Positions 29,872 through 39,015 of a stretch of 64,000 nucleotides of DNA are shown here, piece after piece; the stretch's first letter is position 1, and the number at the start of each line of letters is the position of its first letter. A program made the position numbers and the translations under genes. The notes under the pieces were generated by a model. It was given only the letters and a program-made list of their open reading frames with translations. It made no database searches and was not told the DNA's origin. The stretch is from Paenibacillus cymbidii (GTDB taxonomy: Bacteria > Bacillota > Bacilli > Paenibacillales > NBRC-103111), in NCBI RefSeq assembly GCF_004764705.1, contig NZ_SHLX01000014.1, forward strand, positions 90,953 through 154,952. The letters are read 5' to 3'.

Positions 29872-30645
29872 TCAGGCGGGATAAGTCAATTTGTTGTCGC
29901 AATACGGACAAGAGAGCGTCTGGTCGGGCTGCAGCAAGCTATTGGAGCCGCAGCCGGAGCAAGTTACGGTTTTCGGCGGCCGCTTGACCGGCTCCGGTTG
30001 CTTGTGCGACGTATACGACGGAACAGGTTCTTCCTCCGCGGCTGCGGCCATGTTTACATTGAACGTAACCGAATTGGCAAACACTTGGTTGTCGACATGA
30101 TCGTGGTAGAACGTCTGCTCAAATACAAGCTGCCCCGAATATTCATCCAGGTAAACCCCTCTCGCAAAGCCCAAAGCGATCATGCGCCGCAAGTCATTTT
30201 GCACGACGGCCAGCCGCAAGCGCAACAGCTCCGCCATATTAACGGGGAATGCGATTCCCTGGTTGAAGATCAAATCCCTGTACCTGTCGTAGCGTTCGGC
30301 GAGCTGTCTTCCTTTTCGCCGCGCCATCAGGTGCAGGAGCAGACCGGGCAATAAAAACATGATCCCCAACAAGATGAGCACAGGGGGCAAGCTGCTTCGG
30401 TCTTCGGGTTCAAGAAGAAACGAAATCATTATGGCAAACACAAGAAACAGCACGATCGCCCAGGTACCGGCCAATTTCCAGTCCGCGATTCTCTGGTAGC
30501 TGAGATTGCGATGGTTGATAAGGCGAACAATGAACATCACGATGCCGGCAGGAAAAAACAAAACGAATATCAGCAAGAGCAATGCCCCCGAAATGGAAGG
30601 CCGATCGTCACGGTACACGGTAATTTCCCCTTTTATAGGCGCCAA
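29872..30645 (-). CDS. Membrane protein with a C-terminal zinc ribbon (third gene of the SPFH module)
   Basis: Several TM helices and a CSGCGS…CPYC zinc ribbon. The more likely start is an internal GTG at ~30618, which is preceded by AAGGGGAA. Confidence 0.5.
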   Translation of the reverse strand: MAPIKGEITVYRDDRPSISGALLLLIFVLFFPAGIVMFIVRLINHRNLSYQRIADWKLAGTWAIVLFLVFAIMISFLLEPEDRSSLPPVLILLGIMFLLPGLLLHLMARRKGRQLAERYDRYRDLIFNQGIAFPVNMAELLRLRLAVVQNDLRRMIALGFARGVYLDEYSGQLVFEQTFYHDHVDNQVFANSVTFNVNMAAAAEEEPVPSYTSHKQPEPVKRPPKTVTCSGCGSNSLLQPDQTLSCPYCDNKLTYPA

Positions 30646-30653
30646 TACGCGCT

Positions 30654-31385
30654 TTATTCATCCGTCGCCACTTGTTTGCTCCGTTTGGCCAGGTCGGCGG
30701 CGATATCCGCGACCAGGCTGCGGCAAAGCGCAATGCTGCCTTCATCCGGCCCGTTCCGGGCAATTTGCTCCGCGCAGCGCTCCAGTTCCTCCGCCTGCCA
30801 CTGCATGCTTGCTTCCAGGGCGGACAGCGACGGGTGAGAGAACGGATCGCTGTAGGCAAGCTGATCCTGCAATTGGCCGATATCGGCCAGCAGGCCGACT
30901 GTTGAGGAAGCGGCATCGCGCTCGAGATGGTTGCGGATCGTCCGGAGGCGTTGCTGCAATTGCTTGATCGGCTGCGTCCGATTTGCCGTTCGCCGCTCCT
31001 GAGCCGATATGTATCCCGCCATCCGGTAACAAGTTGTAGCCGCGATTGCCCATACGATCCACGTGGCTGCATGAATCCAGACGTAAACCGGAAAGCTCAG
31101 CTTCAGGAGCAGCCAGAATACGACTGTATGGAACAAGGCGGCGGCCCCGTACAACGCGGACACGATCACTAGAGGCAAGTAGGCGGGGAGCGTATCCCGC
31201 GCCTGACGGGCTTTGCCGACGGAAGCGAAACTACCGTAAACCGCCGCCTCGGCAAAAACGACGGCAAGCATGGACACCCATCCATGCCCCGGATCGCCGA
31301 CAGAGCGCATGAGCAACAGGAAGACTACAAGCGTTGCTGCCGCGCCAACGCCGAACAGGGTGCCGGAAAGACGTTTGGTCAACAT
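30654..31385 (-). CDS. Integral membrane protein (4 TM helices plus a helical cytoplasmic tail), hypothetical
   Basis: The hydrophobic N-terminal half is followed by a coiled-coil-like tail. RBS is AGGAGAA. Confidence 0.5.
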   Translation of the reverse strand: MLTKRLSGTLFGVGAAATLVVFLLLMRSVGDPGHGWVSMLAVVFAEAAVYGSFASVGKARQARDTLPAYLPLVIVSALYGAAALFHTVVFWLLLKLSFPVYVWIHAATWIVWAIAATTCYRMAGYISAQERRTANRTQPIKQLQQRLRTIRNHLERDAASSTVGLLADIGQLQDQLAYSDPFSHPSLSALEASMQWQAEELERCAEQIARNGPDEGSIALCRSLVADIAADLAKRSKQVATDE

Positions 31386-31394
31386 GGCATTCTC

Positions 31395-32606
31395 CTACTG
31401 AGTCAAGTTGTTTCCGCATTCGAGACAAAATTTTTGCCCCGGCTGCGCCGATTTCCCGCAACGGTTGCAGGACGGCAGTAGCCCGCTGCCGCAATTCGGA
31501 CAGCTCACGGCATCCGGCGGAAGATCCGCTTTGCACTGCGGACAAGGACGGTACGGATTCCCGCAATGCGTGCAAAACTTCGCGTCGACAGGCAACGGCT
31601 GCCTGCACTCGTAACACGAAACGATCGGGGCCGCAGCTTGTTTGAACGAATATCCGCATCCGCCGCAAAAGTTGGCTCCCGTCGCGTTGTTCGCCCGGCA
31701 ATTCGGACACGTTTGGTTTTGCGGCGGCATGCCCATTTGTCCGGTCATATGCGACAACGTGCCGCCGAACGCGGCGCCTGCGGCTTGTCCCATGCCGTAG
31801 CCGATGCCGGCGTCCATAAAGGCCGCTTGCCGGCCTTCGTTTTTCGCCGCATGCTCCAGCGTATCGAACGTTCGCTCCTGTGCGTACGAGAAGCCGAGAA
31901 TGTCCATTTCCGCTTTTTTGGCCAGCGTTTCCTTGATCCGCGACATGACGGCATCGTTTTCCGGCAAATTGATCGAATCGATCGAAAAGTTGACAAGCCG
32001 CAGGCCATACTCCGCGAAAGCCGGCGCAACCTGTTCCTTCATATGGTCGGATATTTCGAACAGGTAGGCGTTTATGTCGAAAATGCTGATTTTTTTATGT
32101 ACCAAATACGAGGAGATCAGCTGCACCATATGTTTCAGCAGAATGCCGCGGAAGTATTTGACCAGCGACGTCTGATCGAATTCGCTCAGCGTGCCGATGA
32201 GCTTGAGCATAAATTTGCGCGAATCCTCAATCTGGATGCCGAATTGCCCGAAGGCGCGGACGGAGACGACCATCTGGTATTTGGGCTCCTGCAGTTGAAT
32301 CGGCGTCGGCGTTCCCCACTTGACATCGAGCCTCAGCAGCTTGTTGATAAACCAAATTTCCGCGGAAAACGGCGATTTGCCGCCGAATGGCAAATTTACC
32401 AGGGCAGATAGAAACGGGATGTTTTGCGTCGTCAACGTATGCCTGCCCGCCTGGAACAGGTCAAGCGCCTGTCCGCCCTTGAAGAGCAGCGCTTCCTGCG
32501 TTTCGTTGACGATTAATTGGGTCCATGTGCCCAGTTCGCTGTTCGGATATTTCCACACCAACAAGTCCGGGGGACCGTCAAACTTGACGACTTCGATAAT
32601 TGCCAT
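31395..32606 (-). CDS. SPFH/band-7 domain protein (YdjI-like) with four C-terminal zinc-ribbon repeats
   Basis: N-terminal ~290 residues have an SPFH fold (MAIIEVVKFDGPPDLLVWKYPNSELGT…). The C-terminus carries four tandem CxxC-N10-16-CxxC ribbons (CPNCRAN…CGGCG, CYECRQP…CTHCG, CPQCKAD…CPNCG, CNRCGKS…CLECG). Confidence 0.75.
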   Translation of the reverse strand: MAIIEVVKFDGPPDLLVWKYPNSELGTWTQLIVNETQEALLFKGGQALDLFQAGRHTLTTQNIPFLSALVNLPFGGKSPFSAEIWFINKLLRLDVKWGTPTPIQLQEPKYQMVVSVRAFGQFGIQIEDSRKFMLKLIGTLSEFDQTSLVKYFRGILLKHMVQLISSYLVHKKISIFDINAYLFEISDHMKEQVAPAFAEYGLRLVNFSIDSINLPENDAVMSRIKETLAKKAEMDILGFSYAQERTFDTLEHAAKNEGRQAAFMDAGIGYGMGQAAGAAFGGTLSHMTGQMGMPPQNQTCPNCRANNATGANFCGGCGYSFKQAAAPIVSCYECRQPLPVDAKFCTHCGNPYRPCPQCKADLPPDAVSCPNCGSGLLPSCNRCGKSAQPGQKFCLECGNNLTQ

Positions 32607-32731
32607 CGTCTTCTCCTCTCAAAAGCCAAAACTCGCCATAGTTCGAATATCTTTACTATACTATGGAATGGGTCTTTGGGGGTATAGTTGCGTGCTGCCT
32701 GTCCGATAATAATAGCGGGAGGCGATTTGCG

Positions 32732-32971
32732 ATGGAATCGAATCGGCAACAGGAGCAAGTCGTGGCGGTGCGGAAAAACGGCGACGGCGACATCATCGAG
32801 CTCAAGCTGACGTCGGGCAAGGTCGTCGATTACAAAACCGCCCAAACGATGGTCAAAAACGACGAAATTGCGCACCTTAACGTGTTCCGCGGCCGCGACG
32901 GCGACGAACATCTTCGCTCCGATCCGGATGGACGGAAAGACAACAACCTCGACCAACTGCCCACGTTCTGA
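32732..32971 (+). CDS. DUF3892-family small protein
   Basis: …VVAVRKNGDGDIIELKLTSGKVVDYKTAQTMVKNDEIAHLNVF… The start is ATG after GGGAGG. The track ORF begins 23 codons earlier, with no RBS. Confidence 0.5.
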   Translation: MESNRQQEQVVAVRKNGDGDIIELKLTSGKVVDYKTAQTMVKNDEIAHLNVFRGRDGDEHLRSDPDGRKDNNLDQLPTF

Positions 32972-33004
32972 CGCGCCCTCGCGGAAAGTGGCCGCGGGCA
33001 CAAC

Positions 33005-33046
33005 AAACCCCGGGAACTCGCTTCCCGAGTCCCGGGGTTTGTTTGC
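33005..33046 (+). terminator. Rho-independent terminator
   Basis: AACCCCGGGAACTCGCTTCCCGAGTCCCGGGGTTTGTTTG. Confidence 0.75.
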
Positions 33047-33297
33047 GTTTGCCGCCCGGCGAGTATCGCGAAGACGCCGGCGGAGTTGCCAAATAATTTT
33101 GACAAATCCATTGAACTCGCCGGAAAGCCATGTTAATATATAGCAATTAACCCGAAACCGGCCGCCCGTGCAAAGGCCGAGCTTCGCTTAAGCTTGCCGT
33201 TACGCTCCGCATTCGTGCGGACTGGCGGCAGGTTATTTGGTATACCCGGATTTGGCGATTCGCCGGAAGGGTCCTATTTGCAAAGGGGGAGCGGCGT

Positions 33298-34341
33298 ATG
33301 AGCGCCAAGGCGATTGAAGTGCGCGGGCTGAGCAAAACGTTCGCCGTCAAAACCAAAACCGCCGGCCTTGCCGGCAGCGTCAAAGCGCTGTTCCGGCCGC
33401 AGTTCGCCGCGAAGGTGGCGGTGCAGCCGATCGATTTTGCCGTGGAGCAGGGCGAGGTATTGGCGTTTCTCGGCCCGAACGGCGCAGGCAAATCGACGAC
33501 GATCAAGATGCTGACCGGCATTCTGCATCCGACGGCGGGAGAAGCCGATGTGCTCGGTCTGTGCCCGTGGAAGCAGCGGAGCAGGCTGGCGTTCCGCGTC
33601 GGTTCGGTGTTCGGCCAGAAGTCGCAGCTGTGGTACCATCTGCCGCCGGTCGATTCGTTCGAGCTGATGGGCAAAATATACGAAATCGGCCGCGCCGACT
33701 TCGTGCGCCGCCGCGACGACCTTGTCGGGCGGTTCGAGGTCGGGCCGTACTTGCAGACGCCGGTGCGCAAATTGTCGCTCGGCGAACGGATGCGCTGCGA
33801 AATCGTGGCGGCACTGCTGCATCGGCCGGCGATTATTTTCCTCGACGAGCCGACGATCGGGCTCGATGTCGTCGTGAAGCAGCGCATCCGCGAATTGATT
33901 CGCGAGATGAACCGCGAGGAAGGCACGACGCTGTTCCTGACGTCGCACGACGCGGGCGACATCGAGCAGTTGTGCCGGCGGGCGATTGTGATCAATCACG
34001 GACGCATTATCCTCGACGACAAGGTGGCGCGGCTGAAGCGCGATTATTTGACGCGCAAGACGATCCGGCTGCACCTGCGGGCGGACGAAGCCGGCGGGAG
34101 CGGGCAAGCCGCGGATGCGGAGCCGTTCGGCGCCGGCATGGACGGCGTCACGCTCGTGTATCGCCGCGGCGCGGAGCTGCAGCTGGCCGTCGATACGGCG
34201 GCAGTGACGATGGAGGAAGTGCTCGGCCGTATCGTGCGCCACTATGCGATCGACGACGTGACGATCGAAGATCCGCCGATGGAGGAAATCATTACGCAAA
34301 TCTACGCCGCCGGGCTCGGCAAGGAAGAGGGGGCCGGCTGA
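33298..34341 (+). CDS. ABC transporter ATP-binding protein (ABC-2 exporter type)
   Basis: Walker A GPNGAGKST, the ABC signature LSLGERMR and Walker B IFLDEPT, followed by a C-terminal accessory domain. Confidence 0.85.
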   Translation: MSAKAIEVRGLSKTFAVKTKTAGLAGSVKALFRPQFAAKVAVQPIDFAVEQGEVLAFLGPNGAGKSTTIKMLTGILHPTAGEADVLGLCPWKQRSRLAFRVGSVFGQKSQLWYHLPPVDSFELMGKIYEIGRADFVRRRDDLVGRFEVGPYLQTPVRKLSLGERMRCEIVAALLHRPAIIFLDEPTIGLDVVVKQRIRELIREMNREEGTTLFLTSHDAGDIEQLCRRAIVINHGRIILDDKVARLKRDYLTRKTIRLHLRADEAGGSGQAADAEPFGAGMDGVTLVYRRGAELQLAVDTAAVTMEEVLGRIVRHYAIDDVTIEDPPMEEIITQIYAAGLGKEEGAG

Positions 34342-34342
34342 G

Positions 34343-35146
34343 ATGAACGTTTACGCCAAGCTGGCCAAATATACGGCGATCGGCCGCATCACGGTCAGCA
34401 ACCAGCTCGCCTACGCGATTGACCTGGTCGTTCGCTCCTTGTTTCTGCTTGTTATTCTATACATTTTCGTCCAGCTGTGGACGGTGACCTTCGCAGGCGT
34501 CGGTCAAACGGTCATCGCCGGCTACACATTCGAGCAGATCATCTGGTATTTGATCGTTTCCGAATCGATCATCATGGCATCGCCGCGGGTGACGGTCGAG
34601 GTAGAAGAGGAAGTCAAGTCGGGCAGCGTCGCCTATATGCTGACGCGTCCCATGCACTATATTGGCTACCGCTACGCCGCTTACGTCGGGGAAGCGTCCG
34701 TGCGGCTCGCCGTCAATCTGCTGATGGGCGGCCTGCTCGGCCTGCTGTTGTTCGGTCCGCCGTCGTTCGGCTGGGGGCCGGCCGTATTCGTGCCTGTCGT
34801 CGTACTCGCCTTCACGATCAATTTCCTTATCCGCATGACGCTGGCGTTGTGTTCGTTCTGGATCGAAGAAACGCTTGGCCTGACGTTCGTGTACGACAAG
34901 CTGCTGTTTACGATCGGCGGCATGATGCTGCCGCTGGAGTTGTTCCCGGACGCGCTGCGCGCGGTATGCGCCTGGCTGCCGTTCCAGGCGATCGTCTATT
35001 TTCCGGCGAAAACGATGGTGCAGTTCGACGCGGCAGCGGCGCTGCGCATGCTCGGCACGCAGGCGGCGTGGCTGCTGCCGCTCGGCTTGCTGCTTGCGTT
35101 CGTCTACCGCAAGGGGGTGAAGAAGCTCAATGTCAACGGCGGTTAA
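34343..35146 (+). CDS. ABC-2-family transporter permease
   Basis: Six-TM membrane protein, translationally coupled to the ATPase (ATGA overlap). Confidence 0.7.
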   Translation: MNVYAKLAKYTAIGRITVSNQLAYAIDLVVRSLFLLVILYIFVQLWTVTFAGVGQTVIAGYTFEQIIWYLIVSESIIMASPRVTVEVEEEVKSGSVAYMLTRPMHYIGYRYAAYVGEASVRLAVNLLMGGLLGLLLFGPPSFGWGPAVFVPVVVLAFTINFLIRMTLALCSFWIEETLGLTFVYDKLLFTIGGMMLPLELFPDALRAVCAWLPFQAIVYFPAKTMVQFDAAAALRMLGTQAAWLLPLGLLLAFVYRKGVKKLNVNGG

Positions 35147-35924
35147 GCTCGGCCGCCTCATGTGGACGTGCTGGAAGCTCAATTTGGCCGGCGCGATGGA
35201 ATTTCGCCTGAGCTTCCTGCTGACGGCGGGCATGATGCTGGTCAACAATGTGGTGTGGATTTTTTTCTGGGGCCTTTATTTCAACCGGTTCCCGGTTGTG
35301 AACGGCTGGTCGTTCGCCGATGTGATGATGATGTGGGCGGTGGCGACGACCGGCTTTGGTTTGTCGGCGACGCTGTTCGGCAACTCGCTGCGCATCGCGA
35401 GCCTTGTATCGAGCGGCGACCTCGACACATTCCTCGCCCAGCCGAAGCCGGTGCTGCCGCACGTGCTGGTCAGCCGGATGTCGGTTACGGCGATCGGCGA
35501 CTTCTTGTTCGGCGTGCTGGTGTACTTGCGGTTCGGCGACTTGTCGCTTGTCGGCGCGCTGAAGTTCGCCGCCGCGGCGCTCCTGGCGATGCTGATCTAC
35601 GTGTTTTTTCACGTGCTGACGCAGTCGCTCGCCTTTTTCATCGGCAATGCGGAAGGGCTCGGATACCAGTTCTTTATTACGTTCATCACCTTTTCCACCT
35701 ATCCCTCGGACATTTTCCGCGGTTTCGGCAAGGTGCTGTTGTTTACGGCGCTGCCGGCCGGCTTCATCAGCTACATGCCGATCGGTTTCCTGCGCGGCTT
35801 CGACGCGCCGTTCATGGCGGCGGCGCTGACCGCCTGCGCGGTGCTGACGGCGGGAGGCAGCGGGCTGTTCTACGCCGGCCTGCGGCGCTACAGTTCGGGC
35901 AACCGGATCGGCGCGCGCATGTAG
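35130..35924 (+). CDS. ABC-2-family transporter permease (second subunit)
   Basis: Six-TM membrane protein that overlaps the preceding permease by 17 bp. Confidence 0.7.
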   Translation: MSTAVKLGRLMWTCWKLNLAGAMEFRLSFLLTAGMMLVNNVVWIFFWGLYFNRFPVVNGWSFADVMMMWAVATTGFGLSATLFGNSLRIASLVSSGDLDTFLAQPKPVLPHVLVSRMSVTAIGDFLFGVLVYLRFGDLSLVGALKFAAAALLAMLIYVFFHVLTQSLAFFIGNAEGLGYQFFITFITFSTYPSDIFRGFGKVLLFTALPAGFISYMPIGFLRGFDAPFMAAALTACAVLTAGGSGLFYAGLRRYSSGNRIGARM

Positions 35925-36055
35925 CCGGGGACGGCCGCGAGAGCGTTCCTGCTTTCTCCGCTTGTTTGTGGGGGTCGTAATTTTGTAGAATGGAGAGAGA
36001 ACCTCTTTTCTACTAAAATACGATCTGACTCGCAAAGGATGGAGTGGAAGTCGCG

Positions 36056-36934
36056 ATGGATGACAACAAACAAGCCTATCGTGTTCTCGGCATACCGGAG
36101 GACGCGACGAAAGAGCAGGTGGAGAACCGGTATTTTATTCTCGTCAAGCAGCATAAGCGTGCGGTTCAGGAAGGCGGGGACACGGCCGCGGCGGAGGCCG
36201 CTTTCGACGAGGTGAACAAGGCGTACCGCCTGCTCATGGGACTCGAGAAGCAGAAAGCGAACGCTTCTTTCAACGAGAAGGCGTATTCTTCTTCCGCACG
36301 CCGGGAAAAAATCGATCATTTTTTCCACTATTACAAGTATCATGTGCTCGGCGCGATCGTGCTGGTCGTAGCCATCGTGTATATCGTGATCGGCATTGTC
36401 GACAAGCAGCAGGAGCGCGCCGCACTGGCGAAGCTGCCGCCGCTCAATCTCGAAATGACGTTGATGGGCGACTACCAGAGCGATGAAACCGCCAAGCTGG
36501 AGAACAATTTGTTGCAAACGTTCCCCGATTGGCAGCGCGTCAAGGTGAGCACGATTTATTTTCCCGAGCAGGCCAAAAACGAGTTTGACGTTGCCATGCA
36601 GCAGAAAAGCATGATTTCGCTGATGGAGATCAAACCCGACTTGTATCTTGTCGACAAGGCGAATTTTTCGAAGCTGCTGAACCAGGGCGCTTACTTCCCG
36701 ATGGATGAGCTGGAAAGCGTGGTCAAGGCGCTGCCCGAGGACAAAATTTACAAAGGCAAAGGGCCGGACGACACGTCGGAGCATATTTACGGCATCGATG
36801 TGACCGGCAGCAGCCTGTTCGACGGCGTGCGCATCGCCGGCAGCAAGGAGAAAATTGCGGTGCTCCGCTTCGACACGAAACGCAAGGAGAACGCCTACCG
36901 GATGATCGAATGGTTCGTTCAACATGCCGGCTGA
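36056..36934 (+). CDS. J-domain (DnaJ-like) membrane protein
   Basis: N-terminal J-domain (…AYRVLGIPEDATKEQVENRYFILVKQHKRAV…) but no HPD tripeptide (…QHK…), then one TM helix and a ~180-aa extracytoplasmic domain. Confidence 0.65.
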   Translation: MDDNKQAYRVLGIPEDATKEQVENRYFILVKQHKRAVQEGGDTAAAEAAFDEVNKAYRLLMGLEKQKANASFNEKAYSSSARREKIDHFFHYYKYHVLGAIVLVVAIVYIVIGIVDKQQERAALAKLPPLNLEMTLMGDYQSDETAKLENNLLQTFPDWQRVKVSTIYFPEQAKNEFDVAMQQKSMISLMEIKPDLYLVDKANFSKLLNQGAYFPMDELESVVKALPEDKIYKGKGPDDTSEHIYGIDVTGSSLFDGVRIAGSKEKIAVLRFDTKRKENAYRMIEWFVQHAG

Positions 36935-37106
36935 CCGTCCCATCGGCGCCGGCTGCCTCCGGGTGCGTCGACACGATCCTACAAATCTTGTATACGCGGC
37001 GCACCTTTTTCGATTATAATGGAAAAAGGTAGAACGGGAGGTGCCCCTCGGGGGCGTCGTCATCCTATGCATGCGCACAACTCGTTGTCGAAAAGGAGAC
37101 GTAGTA

Positions 37107-37565
37107 ATGAAGGCAGAATACATCAATCCTTTCCTGGAATCCGCCCGCATCGTCATCGAGCAGATGATCAGCGTGCGTCCGACGACCGGCCAGCTCGGCA
37201 TCAAAGACGTCAAATTTGCCGAGAAATATATCTGGATCCAGATCGGCTTGACGGGCCAAATGAAAGGTGATATCGTGTTCGGCCTTCACGAAAGCGTTGC
37301 GCTTAAGCTGGTTTCCGCCATGATGGGCGGTTATGTGCTGAGCGAGATGGACGAAATGGGCAAAAGCGCCATCTCCGAGCTTGGCAATATGATTAGCGGC
37401 AATGCGAGCACGATGCTGTTCAACCAGGGCGTGCGGGTGGACATTACGCCGCCGAAGCTGGTCGAATCGGCCACAGCCGCCGGCTTCACGCCGAAGAAGG
37501 CGCTGACGATTCCGCTCATTATGGAAGGGATCGGCGAGCTGGACATTCAAGTGGTCATTACATAG
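37107..37565 (+). CDS. cheX: CheX-like chemotaxis phosphatase (CheC/CheX/FliY family)
   Basis: …INPFLESARIVIEQM…GDIVFGLHESVALKLVSAMMGG…ELGNMISGNA… RBS is AAAAGGAGACGTAGTA-ATG. Confidence 0.7.
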   Translation: MKAEYINPFLESARIVIEQMISVRPTTGQLGIKDVKFAEKYIWIQIGLTGQMKGDIVFGLHESVALKLVSAMMGGYVLSEMDEMGKSAISELGNMISGNASTMLFNQGVRVDITPPKLVESATAAGFTPKKALTIPLIMEGIGELDIQVVIT

Positions 37566-37660
37566 CAGCGATTGCCGGAAGCGGTGGACCATACATAACG
37601 AAAGAAGGAAGGGAATCCGGCGGGGTTCCTTTTTTTGACGGCTCCAGCCGGGCCCGCTAT

Positions 37661-37853
37661 GAAATAAGCCATGTTTCATTGGCTATTTGTCTCAAAATGG
37701 CGGGGTGCAGCAAAATAACCAGTGAAAACGCTGGCTATTTCGCTGAAATGTTCGATTCCGGGGCGATTTGGTCAGAATAGCCAGTGTTTTTGCTGGCTAT
37801 TTTTATCGCGGTGGGGGAAAACGTGCGAATAGGCCATTTTTTATGGGCTATTT
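37661..37853. repeat. Copy 3 of the four-hairpin repeat element
   Basis: Four units: AAATAAGCCATGTTTCATTGGCTATTT, AAAATAACCAGTGAAAACGCTGGCTATTT, AATAGCCAGTGTTTTTGCTGGCTATTT and AATAGGCCATTTTTTATGGGCTATTT. Spacers are 24, 35 and 25 nt. Confidence 0.8.
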
Positions 37854-37937
37854 TGGCGGCGGGAGACGGCCAGAGGCGTGTTTTGGCCTGTGACGGTCGC
37901 TATTCGGGACAATTGGGCGGAAAAGGAAGTGTCAACT

Positions 37938-38729
37938 ATGGCTGGACAACGTGGCGTCGCCGGCCTTGTGGTCGTCGTGACCGGCGCGTCGAGCGGCATC
38001 GGCGCGGCGCTGTGCCGCGAGCTCGACCGGCTGGGTGCGGCGACGGTGCTGATGGCGCGCAGCGAAAGCAAACTGCGCGAAGTGGCGGCCGGACTGCGCG
38101 GCGATCATGCGGCTTACGTCGTCGACGTCGCTTCCGCGGAGCAGGTGCAGGAGGGCGTCCGGAAGACGCTGGATCGGTTCGGCCGCATCGACGCCTGGGT
38201 CAACAACGCCGGCTTCGGCGAATTCGAACGTGTGGAGGCGGCGTCGCTCGCGTCGTTCGAAGCGATGATGGACGTCAACTATATGGGCGTCGTCCGCTGC
38301 ACGAAAGCGGTGCTGCCGGCGATGCGCCAAGCCGGGCGCGGCACGATCGTCAATGTCGTGTCGCTGGCGGGCAAGCTGGCCACGGCCAAATCGGCCGGCT
38401 ACGCGGCGTCGAAGCACGCTGCGCTTGGCTTCAGCAACGCGCTGCGGCGGGAGCTGAAGGGCAGCGGCATCGCCGTGGCGGTCGTCAACCCCGGGCCGGT
38501 TGACACACCATTCTTCGATCGCGCCGACCCGGGCGGCGAGTACACGCAGCGGGTGCGGCCGTACATGCTGCGGCCGGAGCGTGTCGTGCGCGCGATCGTC
38601 TGCGCCATCGCCAGCGGGCGCGGAGGCGAAATCGATTTGCCGCGCACGGCCGGGGTCGGCGCGCGCCTGTTTCAGCTGTTCCCGAGCGTCAGCGAATGGT
38701 TGTTCGGCCGCTTTCTGGACAAAAAGTGA
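37938..38729 (+). CDS. Short-chain dehydrogenase/reductase (SDR)
   Basis: TGASSGIGAAL cofactor motif, NNAG, and the YAASK catalytic motif. The start is ATG after AAAAGGAAG. Confidence 0.85.
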   Translation: MAGQRGVAGLVVVVTGASSGIGAALCRELDRLGAATVLMARSESKLREVAAGLRGDHAAYVVDVASAEQVQEGVRKTLDRFGRIDAWVNNAGFGEFERVEAASLASFEAMMDVNYMGVVRCTKAVLPAMRQAGRGTIVNVVSLAGKLATAKSAGYAASKHAALGFSNALRRELKGSGIAVAVVNPGPVDTPFFDRADPGGEYTQRVRPYMLRPERVVRAIVCAIASGRGGEIDLPRTAGVGARLFQLFPSVSEWLFGRFLDKK

Positions 38730-38856
38730 CGGCAATTCGGTTGTTTTTTCGGCACTTGGCGTAAAATATAAAGAGAAGATGATGCAAAAGGCGATAGATT
38801 GAAAAGTAATAACGTGTTAAACTATAGAGATCACGGGAGGGAAGGAAGTGTTCGGC

Positions 38857-39009
38857 ATGTCGAAGCAGGAGTTGGACGCTTACCTGGAGGAACTTCGTCG
38901 ATTCGAACGTGAAATTCTCAGCTCGGAAGACAAGGCCAATGCATTGCTTGTTTGTGCAGGAATACTTGACGAAGAGGGCAATCTTGCTCCACAATACGCC
39001 GGAGAGTGA
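38857..39009 (+). CDS. Small acidic helical protein (50 aa; 53 aa if the GTG at 38848 is used); candidate partner or antitoxin of the downstream gene
   Basis: This ORF is below the track cutoff and was found by reading the sequence. RBS is GGGAGGGAAGGAAG. Translation: MSKQELDAYLEELRRFEREILSSEDKANALLVCAGILDEEGNLAPQYAGE. Its stop lies 7 bp before the next ORF's start, inside a ~45 % GC islet. Confidence 0.4.
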   Translation: MSKQELDAYLEELRRFEREILSSEDKANALLVCAGILDEEGNLAPQYAGE

Positions 39010-39015
39010 AGTCGG

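Noticed and set aside
33150-33297. Possible riboswitch in the 150-nt leader of the ABC-2 exporter operon
   Set aside because: No conserved riboswitch core (SAM, TPP, FMN, glycine, c-di-GMP and others) is recognisable by eye. I leave it as an ordinary 5' UTR.
35133-37213. Minus-strand ORFs of 300 and 441 aa
   Set aside because: They are antisense to the ABC-2 permease and J-domain genes. They have R/A-rich composition and no RBS.
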